A DNA stretch of 64,000 nt from Bispira polyomma (lineage: Eukaryota): the NCBI GenBank assembly GCA_965649765.1, contig OZ287757.1, positions 49,662,001-49,726,000 on the forward strand, written 5' to 3'. Positions 12,044 to 25,100 of this stretch are shown here, one piece after another. Under the pieces are notes generated by a model. The model ran no database searches. It was not told the DNA's origin and saw only the letters and a list, made by a program, of their open reading frames with translations. Made by a program: the position numbers and the translations under genes. How positions within the stretch are numbered: the first letter of the stretch is position 1; each line of letters opens with the position of its first letter.

Positions 12044-15000
12044 ATGACTAATCGAGTTAACACTATTATTATTGGAGTTGTGATTTCAGTTGTGTGTGTT
12101 TGTGTACTAATGCTGTTAAGAAATATTGTAATTGTTTACTCAGATCAAGAAAGGCAAGGAACTGACCCTACGATCACAGGTGGTGTATATTTTTATCAGC
12201 TAGCATGTAGTTTGCTGGTACCAATATGACTTCCTTAACTCCACTTCAAAATTTTAACAAGAGGTTTGGGGGTACCCATCTTTTGCTGAACTATTTATAT
12301 TTAATTGCCATAAACTATCTATAAATGCTTACTTTGATCTTATTTGTGTAATATTTGCTTTGAAAGGGACACTTTAAAGCTACATTGTTTTTGCCATTTT
12401 GAAAAATGTTTTGAACAAACGAAATTGGTACTGGCAAAGTGCATTTGCTCCTTTTTATCTAATTATTTGTTATGAATTGTTGTATAAAAGTAAATAGTGA
12501 AAACAGATTTTTCTCTCAATTGTGCCTCAATTCACTATGTTTAAAAGTGAAAATTATCTTCTTTAATACATATAGATTACTATTTACCTATCAGAGCTAT
12601 CAGCATAATTACTATAGATAACAAATTCTAGTCATCATGTATCGACTGATTTTGCAGAATGACAGTAACATATACAAATGCAATCATTTATACTGGCTTA
12701 ACTGCCCAAAAATTTCAGCCAACTACTAATTGTACCAAATAATACATATAGACTTTTTGTGGCCAGTTAATTTCGATTGATTTATTTATAATATATAGTG
12801 ACATGTATTTTACTGTTACAATAATAAAATTTTTAAAAAGAATAAAAATTTAAAAAAAAAACATATAGCAAAAATACCTAACTCTATGGGTTTTGTATGT
12901 CACATTAAAGACTATAGACAACTTGGTTGATGCAATTGGTGGAGTCTTTAATTAGATTAAATGCCTACGGGTAAGATCCATTGCAAGCAAAAAGTATAGC
13001 TATGTGGATAAATACACACAGATAAATACTGAGATATATTAAATGTCCATAAGTAAAATTATATTTGGTCTCAGTAGGTTTCATTCTTTGGATCCATATT
13101 GTTTTAACAGATTGGGAAAGATATTTTATATTGGATTTTTATTTATAGAATAACAATAAACTTTTTATTCAAATAATAAAAGTTCATATTTATATATTCC
13201 TTAATTTTTTGCAATATAAAACTTATTCTCTCCAGAGTAGAGACAAAATTTGGGTAGGCCTTGGTGTGTGTATTTGTTTTGTATGTATAATTTATTGAGC
13301 ATTTTTTTCCAACGGATTTGACCAATTTAGCACAATCCAGTTCACTATTTTACAAAATTTTTGACTCAATGCAAAAATTCATTTTTTGGTGAATTTTTCT
13401 TTCAGATTGTAACTCTACTGAAAATTGTCATCTAGCTAATAATTTTAAAATGATAGACATTATTTTTTTTGTATATATGTATATATATTATATATATTTA
13501 CACACACAGACATTGAGCTACGTCAGAAAGCACGTCGAGAACACCGTCTTGAACAGTGTGAAAGACTGGGTCTTTTGGGAAAACCTGAGGACCTCTCTGA
13601 AGAACAGCTCCACCAAATAGACTTTCTGGTAGATGACTACCATCGGGTGCTGCTAAAACCCGTCCAGAAGACCGGCTGCACATCTTGGAGGACGCTGATG
13701 GTACACAATGCTCAGATCCAGCTTGAAGGCTTCACCCCTTTCGACAAGAGATTGTACAACCTGATAGGGATGGGTTTGCTCTCGGACAGTTCGCCTGAGG
13801 ACGCCATGCAGAAGGTGAAGGACTACTTCAGCATCCTGACGGTCAGGCATCCACTAAGGCGGCTTGAGTCCTACTTCATGAACAACCACCTGCATGATCT
13901 GTCGGATGAGGAGAAGCAGTCTGTGAAGTACAGAGAGGATAGCATAGTCCAGGTCTTCGAAGACTTTGTGGAGCAGGTCAAGCTAGGAAACAACAAGCAC
14001 TGGCACAGCATTTACAGAGAGAGTTACCCATGCAACATTGATTACAGGTATAGATCATACACATGGTATAACCATTGTACGAATTGATAGTCACCCATGC
14101 AACATTGATTACAGGTATAGATCATACACATGGTATAACAATTGTACAAATTGATGGTCACCCGTGCAGCATCAGTTACATGCATTGATCATCCACATGG
14201 TATAACCATTGTACTAATTGATAGTCACCCATGCAGCATTAAGTCCAGGTAGGAAGTGTTACATGGGTATAACTGTTGTAAAAACTAATAGTTACCCGTG
14301 CATTACACACATGGGTGTAAGCATTATACAAATTTTTGCATTTATCCACCTTTTATTTGGTTTTCAACGTGCAAAGTAAACCTGTCCCTGACTGTGCTAA
14401 CATTGCGAACATCAATTGGCAAGAACTGTAGAGAGAGAGAAAAGCTTGGAGGTGATCATTTATCAATGTTCCAAAGGATCCTTAGCCTGCCTCTTGGGAT
14501 AGCACCCAACAACAGTACATGGGACAATAGTTCAAATTTTATCATATCAGACCATTTCAAGTTGAGAGCCTTTCTCTAAAGGAAGACACTCAGACAACAC
14601 TGTAAATTACATCACTCTGTGTATTTTTATTATTAAAATTGATGGCATCACGAAATAGAAATGTAAATGTTATTTTAATGTATTTTGACTTTTGTGGGTG
14701 AATTAAAATAGGGATATTATCCAGTAACATTACATGGAAACAATTGTTCAAAGTTAATCATATCAAACCCTTTTAAATTTTCAGTTTTTCCCAGAAGGAA
14801 GACAGTCAAACAACACTCTATATTACGTCACTCTATATTACGTGTATTTTTTAATAATTAAAATTGGTTGCATCACAAAATAAAAATTAAAATATTTTAA
14901 TGTATTTGGTGAGTTAAAATAGCGATAGGACCCAGCAATAATACACGGAAAAAAATGTTCAAAGTTAATCAAATAACACCTTTTCAAATTTTCAGTTTTT

Positions 15001-15575
15001 CCTAGAAGGAAAACAGTCAGATAGCACTCTATATTACTGTGTATTTTTTTAATAATGAATATTAATGGCATCACAAGATAAAATTGTCAATGTTATTTTA
15101 ATGTAACTTCGCTTGTGTGGGTGAGTTAAAATGAGTTACCTTTCAGGCTTTGTTAGAAATTAACTTGTTTTAGACATACTACTACGATTTTGTAACAATA
15201 TGTTACACGGCCACATATCAAACTTATTACAGATATTGTAGTATATTTTGTTGTATTGCATTTATTTGTAGATTCATAGGCAGAACAGAAACAGCATCTG
15301 CAGACATGCAGTATGTGGTGGAAACCAAGCTCTCAGCACACGGAGGGGTTGAACACAAGAATGCAGGAAAACTTGTGGTCAACGTGACCAAAACTGAAAT
15401 GAAGAACAACCATGGAGAACTACTGGTACTCTTCAGCTCCCTGAGAAGGAGGGACATGGTCATCAAATACTTGACTGAAAAGTACTACCTAGACATGATG
15501 CTATTTGGATATAATGTCACTACTGTTGATGGCAAATTGTATGCCACGTGCAGAGATGGTGACATGCCATGTTAA
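12044..15575 (+). CDS. Carbohydrate sulfotransferase-like gene A1 (Sulfotransfer_2/CHST family), join(12044..12179,13510..14047,15272..15575), 325 aa
   Basis: Type II signal anchor (IIIGVVISVVCVCVLMLL), GT-AG introns with matching phases 1 and 2, 5'-PSB-like VQKTGCTSWR, 3'-PB-like TVRHPLRRLESYF, HW..C.IDYRFIGRTET, C-terminal YYLDMMLFGY; open frame throughout. Confidence 0.9.
14026..14340 (+). repeat. 67-bp tandem repeat, ~4.7 progressively diverging units spanning the exon 2 donor (mirror 22845-23157)
   Basis: Units start at 14026, 14093, 14160, 14227, 14294 (acccatgcaacattgattacagGTatagatcatacacatggtataaccattgtac..). Confidence 0.9.
14579..15135 (+). repeat. ~213-bp tandem repeat, 2.6 units, in intron 2 of gene A (mirror ~22048-22605)
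   Basis: Units start aaggaa(g/a)aca at 14579, 14795, 15006; full units end aattttcagtttttcc(c/t)ag. Confidence 0.85.
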
Positions 15576-17279
15576 ACCTTTTTGCCAGTACAACAAAATT
15601 CTTGGCTTTTGTGTCTACTTTAGTGACTCCAGCTATCTGTACCCTATTATTTTTCAAAAATATCCTTGAATTCTTAGGGATACTTTTCTCTTAGGACCAA
15701 AAAGGATTAAGCCTTGCTAATTAGTTTTACTTTGTTCCCAGAAAGGTGAAATATGAGAGGCATCACAGATTAAAGACAGTGACAGATGAAGTTTGAAATT
15801 TCATTTTGTACAAAATAAGTACATATGTAAGGGGTTACAGGAGCAAAGTACATTACAATTTTCCTGGTATAATTTTTTTTTTTTCAATAAAGCCACATTG
15901 GGTGAACCATTATTACAAGAGAAGTGCTCAGAGTGTCAGCATAATTACTAAACAAAAATTGTCATTTCAATAAGACACAGGTGCACAGTGTATATTCTCT
16001 AATGTTGATATGGCCACTATATACTCGATTGGCACCCCTACAAATATTAATATGACACCCCTCAGTTTGGCTGGTTCGATATGCTTCCAACCAATCCATG
16101 AAGGCCTTACATTATTATTTCTAAGATAGCTGTGCACTTATTAAAATTAAAATGTATGTGTATTTAGTAGTGACTGAACTGGATTAATGCTAGATTCTGG
16201 ACTTAAACATTATATTATTTATAACAAAAGGAGAATGGCCTGGCGGCTATATCATGATAATGCCACTACAAAGCAAATTACTGACAAGTTTGAAAATACT
16301 GAACCAGTCACTAGTTAGCTGTCGAAATGGAATTCGAGAACCATCTACTGTGGCTACCCAGTAAGATAAACCAAAAGCAAAATTAAAATCTGAAACATCT
16401 ATGTATAAACAATCGAATTGCCTTAAAAATGATTCGATAATTTATTTTTCACATGATTTTGTTTTGAAACCTGATAAAAACGATTTTTATATATTTTGGT
16501 AGCTCACAGACGTTAACATTTTAATATTTTCATATTCAGCTGTCATAGCTTGTAATATGTCCGAAATTAGTCCAAAGACAGTGAACCACTAGGTCAAATG
16601 GATTCCGTCTTCAGTGGGCGGCACTATAAATATCAGTGGTGACAAAAAAAGTTTATGCTTGTATAATAAAAGTTTATGCTTGTATAATAAAAGTACAATA
16701 AAGGTCAAACATATACGTTTTGTCATTTAGTTGTTACAATTTTTCAATTTATGGCCATTTTTGATACATCTGGTTTCCCATCAGGAAGTGCAGCATTTTA
16801 GTTTAAATTTTCATTTAGTCGTGACTGCTAACTTCTATCGCCCAACTTTTGTGTCGAAATCCGACTCTGTTTAATTGAAAAAATGTCTTCTTTTTTTTTT
16901 GATTTCTCCATAGTCAGTTGTTGTGTCGTGTGGTGCAGTGTAGATTAGTGTTACATAGGGAGCAGTCTATATAATCTGTATATATGATCTTATTTGTAGA
17001 TGTTTGTAGTGTCATGTATTTAGCAGTGTATAAAGCCCTTTACAGTATACAGATGTGTCAGATGTACAGAAAATGAGATCAGATGTCGGCAGAAGCATCG
17101 ATTTTTTTGGTATATCTGGCATATTTTTAGAAACGTTACAAACACAGATACTTATTTTTATAGCCTGCATCGAAGCATAAATCAGCCGCTGTCTAATAAA
17201 AAACTTATTTGATCGGCACATATGAAATTAGGCAATGTTTGGATTTGGACATAGAAGCTTAAGTTAACCTCTTATTTTC

Positions 17280-17870
17280 TAAAACTGAGTTTTTGACATG
17301 TTTTCAATAATAGATTTTTAAAAGCTGTCCTCAAAACAATTGAAGTATTTTTTAACATTTTCGGACTTAAAAATAAAAACTAATAATAATAAAGATGAGT
17401 TGAAGATTTCCTTCGAATTTGACTGGGGAACTACAAACTTTAATTTGCTAGGGATTATATTTTCAGTTGACCTAAATGAAATGATTACTTCAAACTAATC
17501 AAACGCATTAGAAAAGTTAACAAAGAAAAAGTTAACAAATTGTACAAAAACGTAATTAAACTCCTTTTGGAAAAATAACGGTTATAAAAACCTTTATGTT
17601 GTTAATTTCCAACACCTGTTTATGGTTATTCCTTCATCTGAACGTTTCTTGATACAGATGAATTCTTGTCTATTTGCATTTATATGGGGACCTGGGAAAA
17701 TTTAACGTGAATACATTACACAGGACTACAATAGTGATGGCATAAGAATGGTTAACTTAAGGTACTTCATCCAATCTGTGAAACTGACATGGATGAATCA
17801 CCTTTTTAAAAGTGAAAGACCAGCCTGGTAACAATTTTTAAAAAACAATCCTTCCAATTTCAATATATGG
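17280..17870 (+). mobile_element. Tx1/L1-clade LINE fragment (post-RT region)
   Basis: LLGIIFSVDLNEMI, TPFGKITVIKTFML, LFAFIWGPGKI*REYITQDYNSDGIRMVNLRYFIQSVKLTWM. Confidence 0.75.
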
Positions 17871-18319
17871 TTCATTGTGGTGTAAAACTCCAATTACAAC
17901 CTTACACAATGATTTGAGGGAAAGAAATTATGGTTTTATGGGCCAATATTTGTAAAATATACCCTATAAGTGACAATAATGTGTTGGTCACTGCCAAACT
18001 GAAAGTGGCATGGGACCTCAGTCGCCAAAGTTTCATACTTTACAGTAAACACCCTACAACACCTGTTGATTAGCTGGGCACCAATCATATTAAGCCAAAT
18101 GGGCTTTGGCAAAGGGGGTTTGCCACATTCAGTCATTGATTAACTGAAAGGCAAAGGTATAACAAGGAAAATTAAAAGTTAACCATCGCCATATTGGAAA
18201 AATGAAAATAAATTAACTTTTTATGTGTTTTATGAAGAAAGTTTTTAGTATTTTATGATTTTATATACAGTGTTTTTAGTAGAAAGTGTCATACAATAAT
18301 ATAGTGCTATTTGTGGGAG

Positions 18320-19549
18320 AAAAATGGAAAAAGTTAAAAAGTTTCCAGCAAACGGGCATACAAAGTATGCATGTTCTCGTTGTGAAAAAGATCACCAAAG
18401 ACCCCTTAGTGTAAAATGAAAGTAATTACTAAAGATGACTTCACTAGTGTTACAGAACAAGACCCAGAAAGTCAGTCTGCACAATCATCCAGGAGAACAA
18501 AGCAGTGCGTTGGTTCACAAAGAAATGTGTCAACGACAAGAGGTAATGATGGCTACTATTTTAAATTCTGTGACAAGCCTGCAGACGGATGTAGAGAAAA
18601 TAAAAGCTAAAGATACAGTTTCGATGCAGCCCCCCCCACGTTAACAGGTAACAATACAGCTGGCGCGATACTCTCGACTCAATTCAGTATAGACATCACA
18701 AGGTCGCACTGAAATAACAGTTGTACCCAAGAGAGCAGCTTGCACGGGTTTTGTAACAAACCCACTGCAGCCAGTATAGACAACTATGATAGAAGCAACA
18801 AACAGGTGTTCAGCAACCCGCAGTAAACAGTCATGATATCGTACCAACTACAGACGTGCTTCGATACTCGGCAATTATCTAGAATGAAGTAAGCGCGTTT
18901 ACAGGAATATGAGAGCCAAACAGCAAGAGACATATTACAGGCTAAGTCACTACTTAAACGAAAGTCTGGTCGTTTTAACATGACAGATACCTGTACCATG
19001 GATCCCATGTTTAGATGGCCCAATGAGGGGTGCCTATAAGGCATCAGGAAGAAACGAGTAACCTATGATGAGTTAAATATCGCCCAATTTTCTTCTGGCA
19101 AAATACAAAACATTTTAGAGGTGAAAAATTCTACTGTTGCAAACGGGATGTTGAGGCAGTTAGGGAAAACGCTCCGGGACGCAGCCAACGTGTCATGCCA
19201 AATAGCAATGGGTGCATACGAGAGCAATATGCACAATATAGAAGAGGGTTACCTCACTTGCTTAGACGATACTAAATGGACACTCAACAGACTGTCATAT
19301 TCCCAGGCTTTGATGTCCTTGTCTTCCACCACTACAGGTAATACGCCGTCAACTAAATCGGGAGTACCTTGTAGGCATTATCAGCGAAGTCAATGCCACC
19401 AGGAAGGAGTGCATGAGAATGCTACAACCATATTCAAACACATTTGTGCACATTGTTTTCGTGTGAACAAGAAGAAAATCTCGCATCCGGAAAGCATGTA
19501 CTTTAAACTTCAAGGAAAACCGTCGCATACACAGCACCACAGTCAATAG
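18320..19549 (+). mobile_element. Decayed gag of a YR retrotransposon related to the element at 47900-53935
   Basis: YACSRCEKDHQRP at the N-terminus; KRKSGRFN..RWPNEG..KKRVTYDEL..WTLNRLSYSQ..CRHYQRSQC..FKHICAHC..HPE aligns with gag 52429-53679. Confidence 0.85.
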
Positions 19550-19781
19550 GACAGGGAACCGTATGCAGGTACCAAATGAGGGAAATGAGTATTCTCATTA
19601 TGATGATGTAAAATGTATTCTATAAATAGACAACCTAAAAATAGTAGTAAAATAAATACCACAGTCAATAGGACAGGGAACCGTATGCAGGTACCAAATG
19701 AAGGAAATGAGTATTCTCATTATGATGATGTAAAAATGTATTCTATAAATAGACAACCTAAAAATAGTAGTAAAATAAATA
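19536..19781. repeat. 122-bp two-copy tandem duplication covering the gag stop region
   Basis: accacagtcaataggacagggaaccgtatgcagg... starts at 19536 and 19658; near-identical copies. Confidence 0.95.
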
Positions 19782-20540
19782 GCTTTGCTATTATTGACAA
19801 TGATAAAAAAACCAGTAAATATGATAAATAATTGTGTAATACATGTAAATATAAAGACAAAATTGACTGGTAAAACCACCCACAATGAACAAAAGTGTTG
19901 TATAGAAAAGAAGCAGAAAGTAAATGTTGATAATGCGAAATATACACAAGTCAAAACAGAAATAATGCAACAGTATATTGTCGACAGTAACGCCAACAAT
20001 GGACGAGAGCATTGTATTTGGAATAATGAGAAAAAACAAAATTCGGAAAAAAAATAATGCAAGAGTACATTATGGACAGTAACACCCATTAAGTTATTAA
20101 GTTAGGTTATACAAGCTTTTCATTATGCAGCATAAACTACATTTTAAATGCTTTACTGTCACTACTGATATTTATAACATCGCCCACTGAAGACGGAATC
20201 CATTTGACCTAGTAGTTCACTGTCTTTGGACTAACTTCAGGCGTTTTGCAAGCTATGACAGCTGAATATAAAAATATTAGAATTGGAGAATAAATTATGG
20301 TTTTGATGTTTTGCAAGCTGTCAAAAAACCCCGATTATTTTATTAGTAAACAGACCAACGTCTGTAAGCTACCAAAATATATAAAAATCGTTTTTATCAG
20401 GTTTTAAAAGAATATTATGTGAAAAATAAATTATCGTATCATTTTTTAAGGCAATTCGATTGTTTATACATAGATGTTTCAGATTTTAATTTTGCTTTGG
20501 TTTATCTTACTGGGTACCGACAGTAGATGGTTCTCGAATT

Positions 20541-21142
20541 TATAGATGCGCCCTTGCTGTTTCTGGAAGGCGCAACAGTTGATTGTGACGTCACAATGAC
20601 ATAACAGTGACGTCATAATGATTTGTTGACATCTTAAGGATTTGAAAATAGTTATACGTAATATTACCTATATTTAAACGGCTATAACTCAGTGACTATA
20701 AACACTACAAGATCATGCTTTATATCAAACTAAAGCTCCCAATCCAGGCTTTCCAATACTTTTTTCAAATCCATCCAGTACTTCCTGAGATATTTGCTCC
20801 CAAAGAATTTGGCTCTTCTTCTATGTTTAGATGCGCCAAATTAACGCCAAACGGCGCCAAAAAGACGCCAAAATCGGCCTGCGTACTGAAAAGACACAGG
20901 GCTATTCAATGGTGCGCCAAAAAAGCGCAAAACCTCATTTGCGCATGCGCAAATTGCTTTAACCAAGGACTCTGTCATATGCCCATATATGGAAACGCCA
21001 AAATCGGCACCAAATGCGCCAAAAAGACGCTAAATCAACGCCAAATGCGCCAAAAAGAGGTATGACGTCACTTCCGGTGCTCAAAAAGTCGCATGACGTC
21101 ACTTCCTGTCCCGTCTGGGGGGTTCTCAGGTCCCTATACTAC
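20541..21142. other. Right-arm-specific CpG-rich segment with clustered CGCCAAA, TGACGTCA and palindromic motifs (probable non-autonomous repeat)
   Basis: 9x CGCCAAA, 4x TGACGTCA, ATTTGCGCATGCGCAAAT, CCATATATGG; the flanks match the left arm but this segment does not. Confidence 0.65.
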
Positions 21143-21605
21143 TCATATTGAACCAGCCAAACTGAGGGGTGTCATATTAATATTTGTAGGGGTGCCAATC
21201 GAGTATATAGTGGCTATTCCAACATTAGAGAATACACTGTGCACCGGTGTCTTCTTGAAAAGACAATTTTTGTTTAGTAATTATGCTCACACTCTGAGCA
21301 CTTCTCTTGTAATAATGGTTCACCCAAGGTGGCTTTATTGAAAAAAAATTAAACCAGTAAAATTGTAATGTACTATGCTCCTGTAACCCCCTACATATAT
21401 ACTGATTTTGTACTGTGACGCCTCTCATATTTCACATTTCTGGGAACAAAGTAAGACTAATTAGCAAGGCTTAATCCTTTTTGGTCCAAAAACAAAACTA
21501 TCCCTAAGAACTCAAGGATATTTTTGAAAAATAATAGGGTACAGATAGCTGGAGTTAATAAAGTAGACACAAAAACCAAGAATTCTGTTGTACAGGTAAA
21601 AAGGT

Positions 21606-23985
21606 TTAACATGGCATGTCACCATCTCTGCACGTGGCATACAATTTGCCATCAACAGTAGTGACATTATATCCAAATAGCATCATGTCTAGGTAGTACT
21701 TTTCAGTCAAGTATTTGATGATTATGTCCCTCCTTCTCAGGGAGCTGAAGAGTACCAGTAGTTCTCCATGGTTGTTCTTCATTTCAGTTTTGGTCACGTT
21801 GACCACAAGTTTTCTTGCATTCTTGTGTTCAACCCCTCCGTGTGCTGAGAGCTTGGTTTCCACCACATACTGCATGTCTGCAGATGCTGTTTCTGTTCTG
21901 CCTATGAATCTACAATTAAATGCAATACAACAAAATATACTACAATATCTGTAATAATTTTGATATGTGGCCGTGTAACATATTGTTACAAAATCGTAGT
22001 AGTATGTCTAAAACAAGTTCATTTCTAACAAAGCCTGAAAGGTAACTCCTTTTAACTCACTCCCACAAGTGAAGTTACATTAAAATAACATTGACATTTT
22101 TATCTTGTGATGCCATTAATATTCATTATTAAAAAATACACAGTAATATAGAGTGCTATCTGACTGTTTTCCTTCTGGGAAAAACTGAAAATTTGAAAAG
22201 GTGTTATTTGATTAACTTTGAACATTTTTTTCCGTGTATTATTGCTGGGTCCTATCGCTATTTTAACTCACCAAATACATTAAAATACATTAAAATATTT
22301 TAATTTTGTGATGCAACCAATTTTAATTATTAAAAAATACACGTAATATAGAGTGACGTAATATAGAGTGATGTTTGACTGTCTTCCTTCTGGGAAAAAC
22401 TGAAAATTTAAAAGGGTTTGATATGATTAACTTTGAACAATTGTCTCCATGTAATGTTACTGGATAATATCCCTATTTTAATTCACCCACAAAAGTCAAA
22501 ATACATTAAAATAACATTTACATTTCTATTTCGTGATGTCATCAATTTTAATAATAAAAATACACAGAGTGATGCAATTTACAGTGTTGTCTGAGTGTCT
22601 TCCTTTAGAGAAAGGCTCTCAACTTGAAATGGTCTGATATGATAAAATTTGAACTATTGTCCCATGTACTGTTGTTGGGTGCTATCCCAAGAGGCAGGCT
22701 AAGGATCCTTTGGGACATTGATAAATGGACACCTCCAAGCTTTTCTCTCTCTCTGCAGTTCTTGCCAATTGATGTTCACAATGTTAGCACAGTCAGGGAA
22801 AGGTTTACTTTGCATGTTGAAAACCAAATAAAAGGTGGATAAATGCAAAAATTGTACAATGCTTACAACCATGTGTGTAATGCACGGGTAACTTTTAATT
22901 TTTACAACAGTTATACCCATGTAACACTTCCTACCTGGGCTTAATGCTGCACGGGTGACTATCAATTAGTACAATGGTTATACCATGTGGATGATCAATG
23001 CATGTAACTGATGCTGTAGAGGTGACTATCCATTTGTACAATTATTATACCATGTGTATGATCTATACCTGTAATCAATGTTGCATGGGTGACTATCAAT
23101 TCGTACAATGGTTATACCATGTGTATGATCTATACCTGTAATCAATGTTGCATGGGTAACTCTCTCTGTAAATGCTGTGCCAGTGCTTGTTGTTTCCTAG
23201 CTTGACCTGCTCCACAAAGTCTTCGAAGACCTGGACTATGCTATCCTCTCTGTACTTCACAGACTGCTTCTCCTCATCCGACAGATCATGCAGGTGGTTG
23301 TTCATGAAGTAGGACTCAAGCCGCCTTAGTGGATGCCTGACCGTCAGGATGCTGAAGTAGTCCTTCACCTTCTGCATGGCGTCCTTAGGTGAACTGTCCA
23401 ACAGCAAACCCAGCCCTATCAGGTTGTACAATCTCTTGTCGAAAGGGGTGAAGCCTTCAAGCTGGATCTGAGCATTGTGTACCATCAGCATCCTCCAAGA
23501 TGTGCAGCCAGTCTTCTGGACGGGTTTTAGCAGCACCCGATGGTAGTCATCTACCAGAAAGTCTATTTGGTGGAGCTGTTCTTCAGAGAGGTCCTCAGGT
23601 TTTCCCAAAAGACCCAGTCTTTCACATTGTTCAAGACGGTGTTCTCGACGTGCTTTCTGACGTAGCTCAATGTCTGTGTGTGTAAATATATATATACATA
23701 TATACAGAACAAAAATTAATGTCAATCATTTTAAAATTATTAGCTAGATGACAATTTTCAGTAGAGTTACAATCTGAAAGAAAAATTCACCAAAAAATGA
23801 ATTTTCACAATGGGTCAAAAATTTTGTAAAATAGTGGAATGAATTGTGTTAAATTGGTCAAATCTGCTGAAAAAAAATCCTTAATAAATTTTCATACAAA
23901 TCAAAACAAAAACACACACGAAAGGCATACTCACGTTTTGTCTACTCTGGAGAGAATACAAGTTTAACATTGCAAAAAAATTAAG

Positions 23986-24028
<43 letters not shown>

Positions 24029-25100
24029 CTTTTATTATTTGAATGAAAAGTTTATTTTTATTCTATAAATAAAAATCTAACATAAAATATCTTGCCCAAT
24101 CTGTTAAAATAATATGGATCCAAAGAATGAAACCTACTGGGACCAAATATAGTTTTACTTATGGACATTTAATATATCTCAGTGTTTACCTGTGTGTATT
24201 TATCCACATAGGTATTTTTTTGTTGCTTGAAATGCATCTTGCCCTTGGACATTTTATCTAATTAAAGACTCCTCTAATTGCACCAACCAAGTTGTCTTTA
24301 ACCTTTAATGTGACATACAAAACCAATAGAGTTTACAGTAATACAGTAAAATACATGTCACTACAATAATATAAATAAATAAATAAAAATTAACTGGCCA
24401 CAAAAAGTCTATATGTATTATTTGGTACAATTAGTAGTTGGCTGAAATTTTGGGGCAAACATTAAGCCAGTATAAATGATTGCATTTGTATATGTTACTG
24501 TCATTCTGCAAAATCAGTCGTTACATGATGACTAAAATTTGTTGTCTATAGTAATTACACTGATAGCTCTGATAGGTAAATAGTAACCTACATGTTTTAA
24601 AGAAGATAATTTACACTTTTAAACATAATGAATTGAGGCACAATTAGGAGAAAAATCTGTTTTCACTATTTAATTTAATACAACAATTCATAATAAATAA
24701 TTAGATAAAAAGGAGCAAATGCACTTTGCCGGTACAAATTTTGTTTGTTCAAAAACATTTATTAAAATGGTAAAAACAATGTACCTTTAAAGTGTCCCTT
24801 TCAAAGCAAATATTACACAAATAAGATCAAAGTAAGCATTAATAGATAGTTTACAATAGTTTAGCAAAAGATGGGTGCCTCAAAACCTCTTGTTAAAATT
24901 TTGAAGTGGAGTAAGCGAAGTCATATTGGTACCGGCAAACTACATGCTAGCTGGTAAAACTATACACCACCTGTGATCATAAGGTCAGTTTCTTGCCTTT
25001 CTTGATCTGAGTAAACAATTACAATGTTTCTTGAGAGCATGAGTACACACACAACTGAAATCACAACTCCAATAATAATAGTGTTAACTCGATTAGTCAT
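21606..25100 (-). CDS. Carbohydrate sulfotransferase-like gene A2, complement(join(21606..21909,23136..23673,24971..25100)), 323 aa
   Basis: Inverted copy of A1 with the same splice sites, exon 2 and 3 lengths identical, an in-frame 6-nt deletion in exon 1, and intact VQKTGCTSWR and TVRHPLRRLESYF motifs. Confidence 0.9.
23988..24025. repeat. (AT)n microsatellite in intron 1 of A2
   Basis: About 19 AT units; only a short AT run at the homologous left-arm site (~13190). Confidence 0.95.

Larger units (their letters stand above)
1903..16644 (+). repeat. Left arm of large inverted segmental duplication (partner 20157-41734)
   Basis: Collinear reverse-complement matches, e.g. 1903-2000/41640-41734, 2321-2597/41076-41352, 4769-5320/34970-35502, 6925-7380/34505-34953, 12044-15575/21606-25100, 16331-16644/20157-20540. 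Confidence 0.95.

Noticed and set aside
14026-14340. Regularly spaced repeats as a CRISPR array
   Set aside because: Contiguous diverging tandem units without unique spacers, at a spliceosomal exon/intron boundary, with no cas genes.
19598-20089. Several overlapping ORFs on both strands
   Set aside because: AT-rich decayed pol spacer with a 122-bp duplication; no recognisable domain.
20715-21065. 116-aa ORF
   Set aside because: Translation of the CGCCAAA repeats (CAKK/GAKK); no coding signal.
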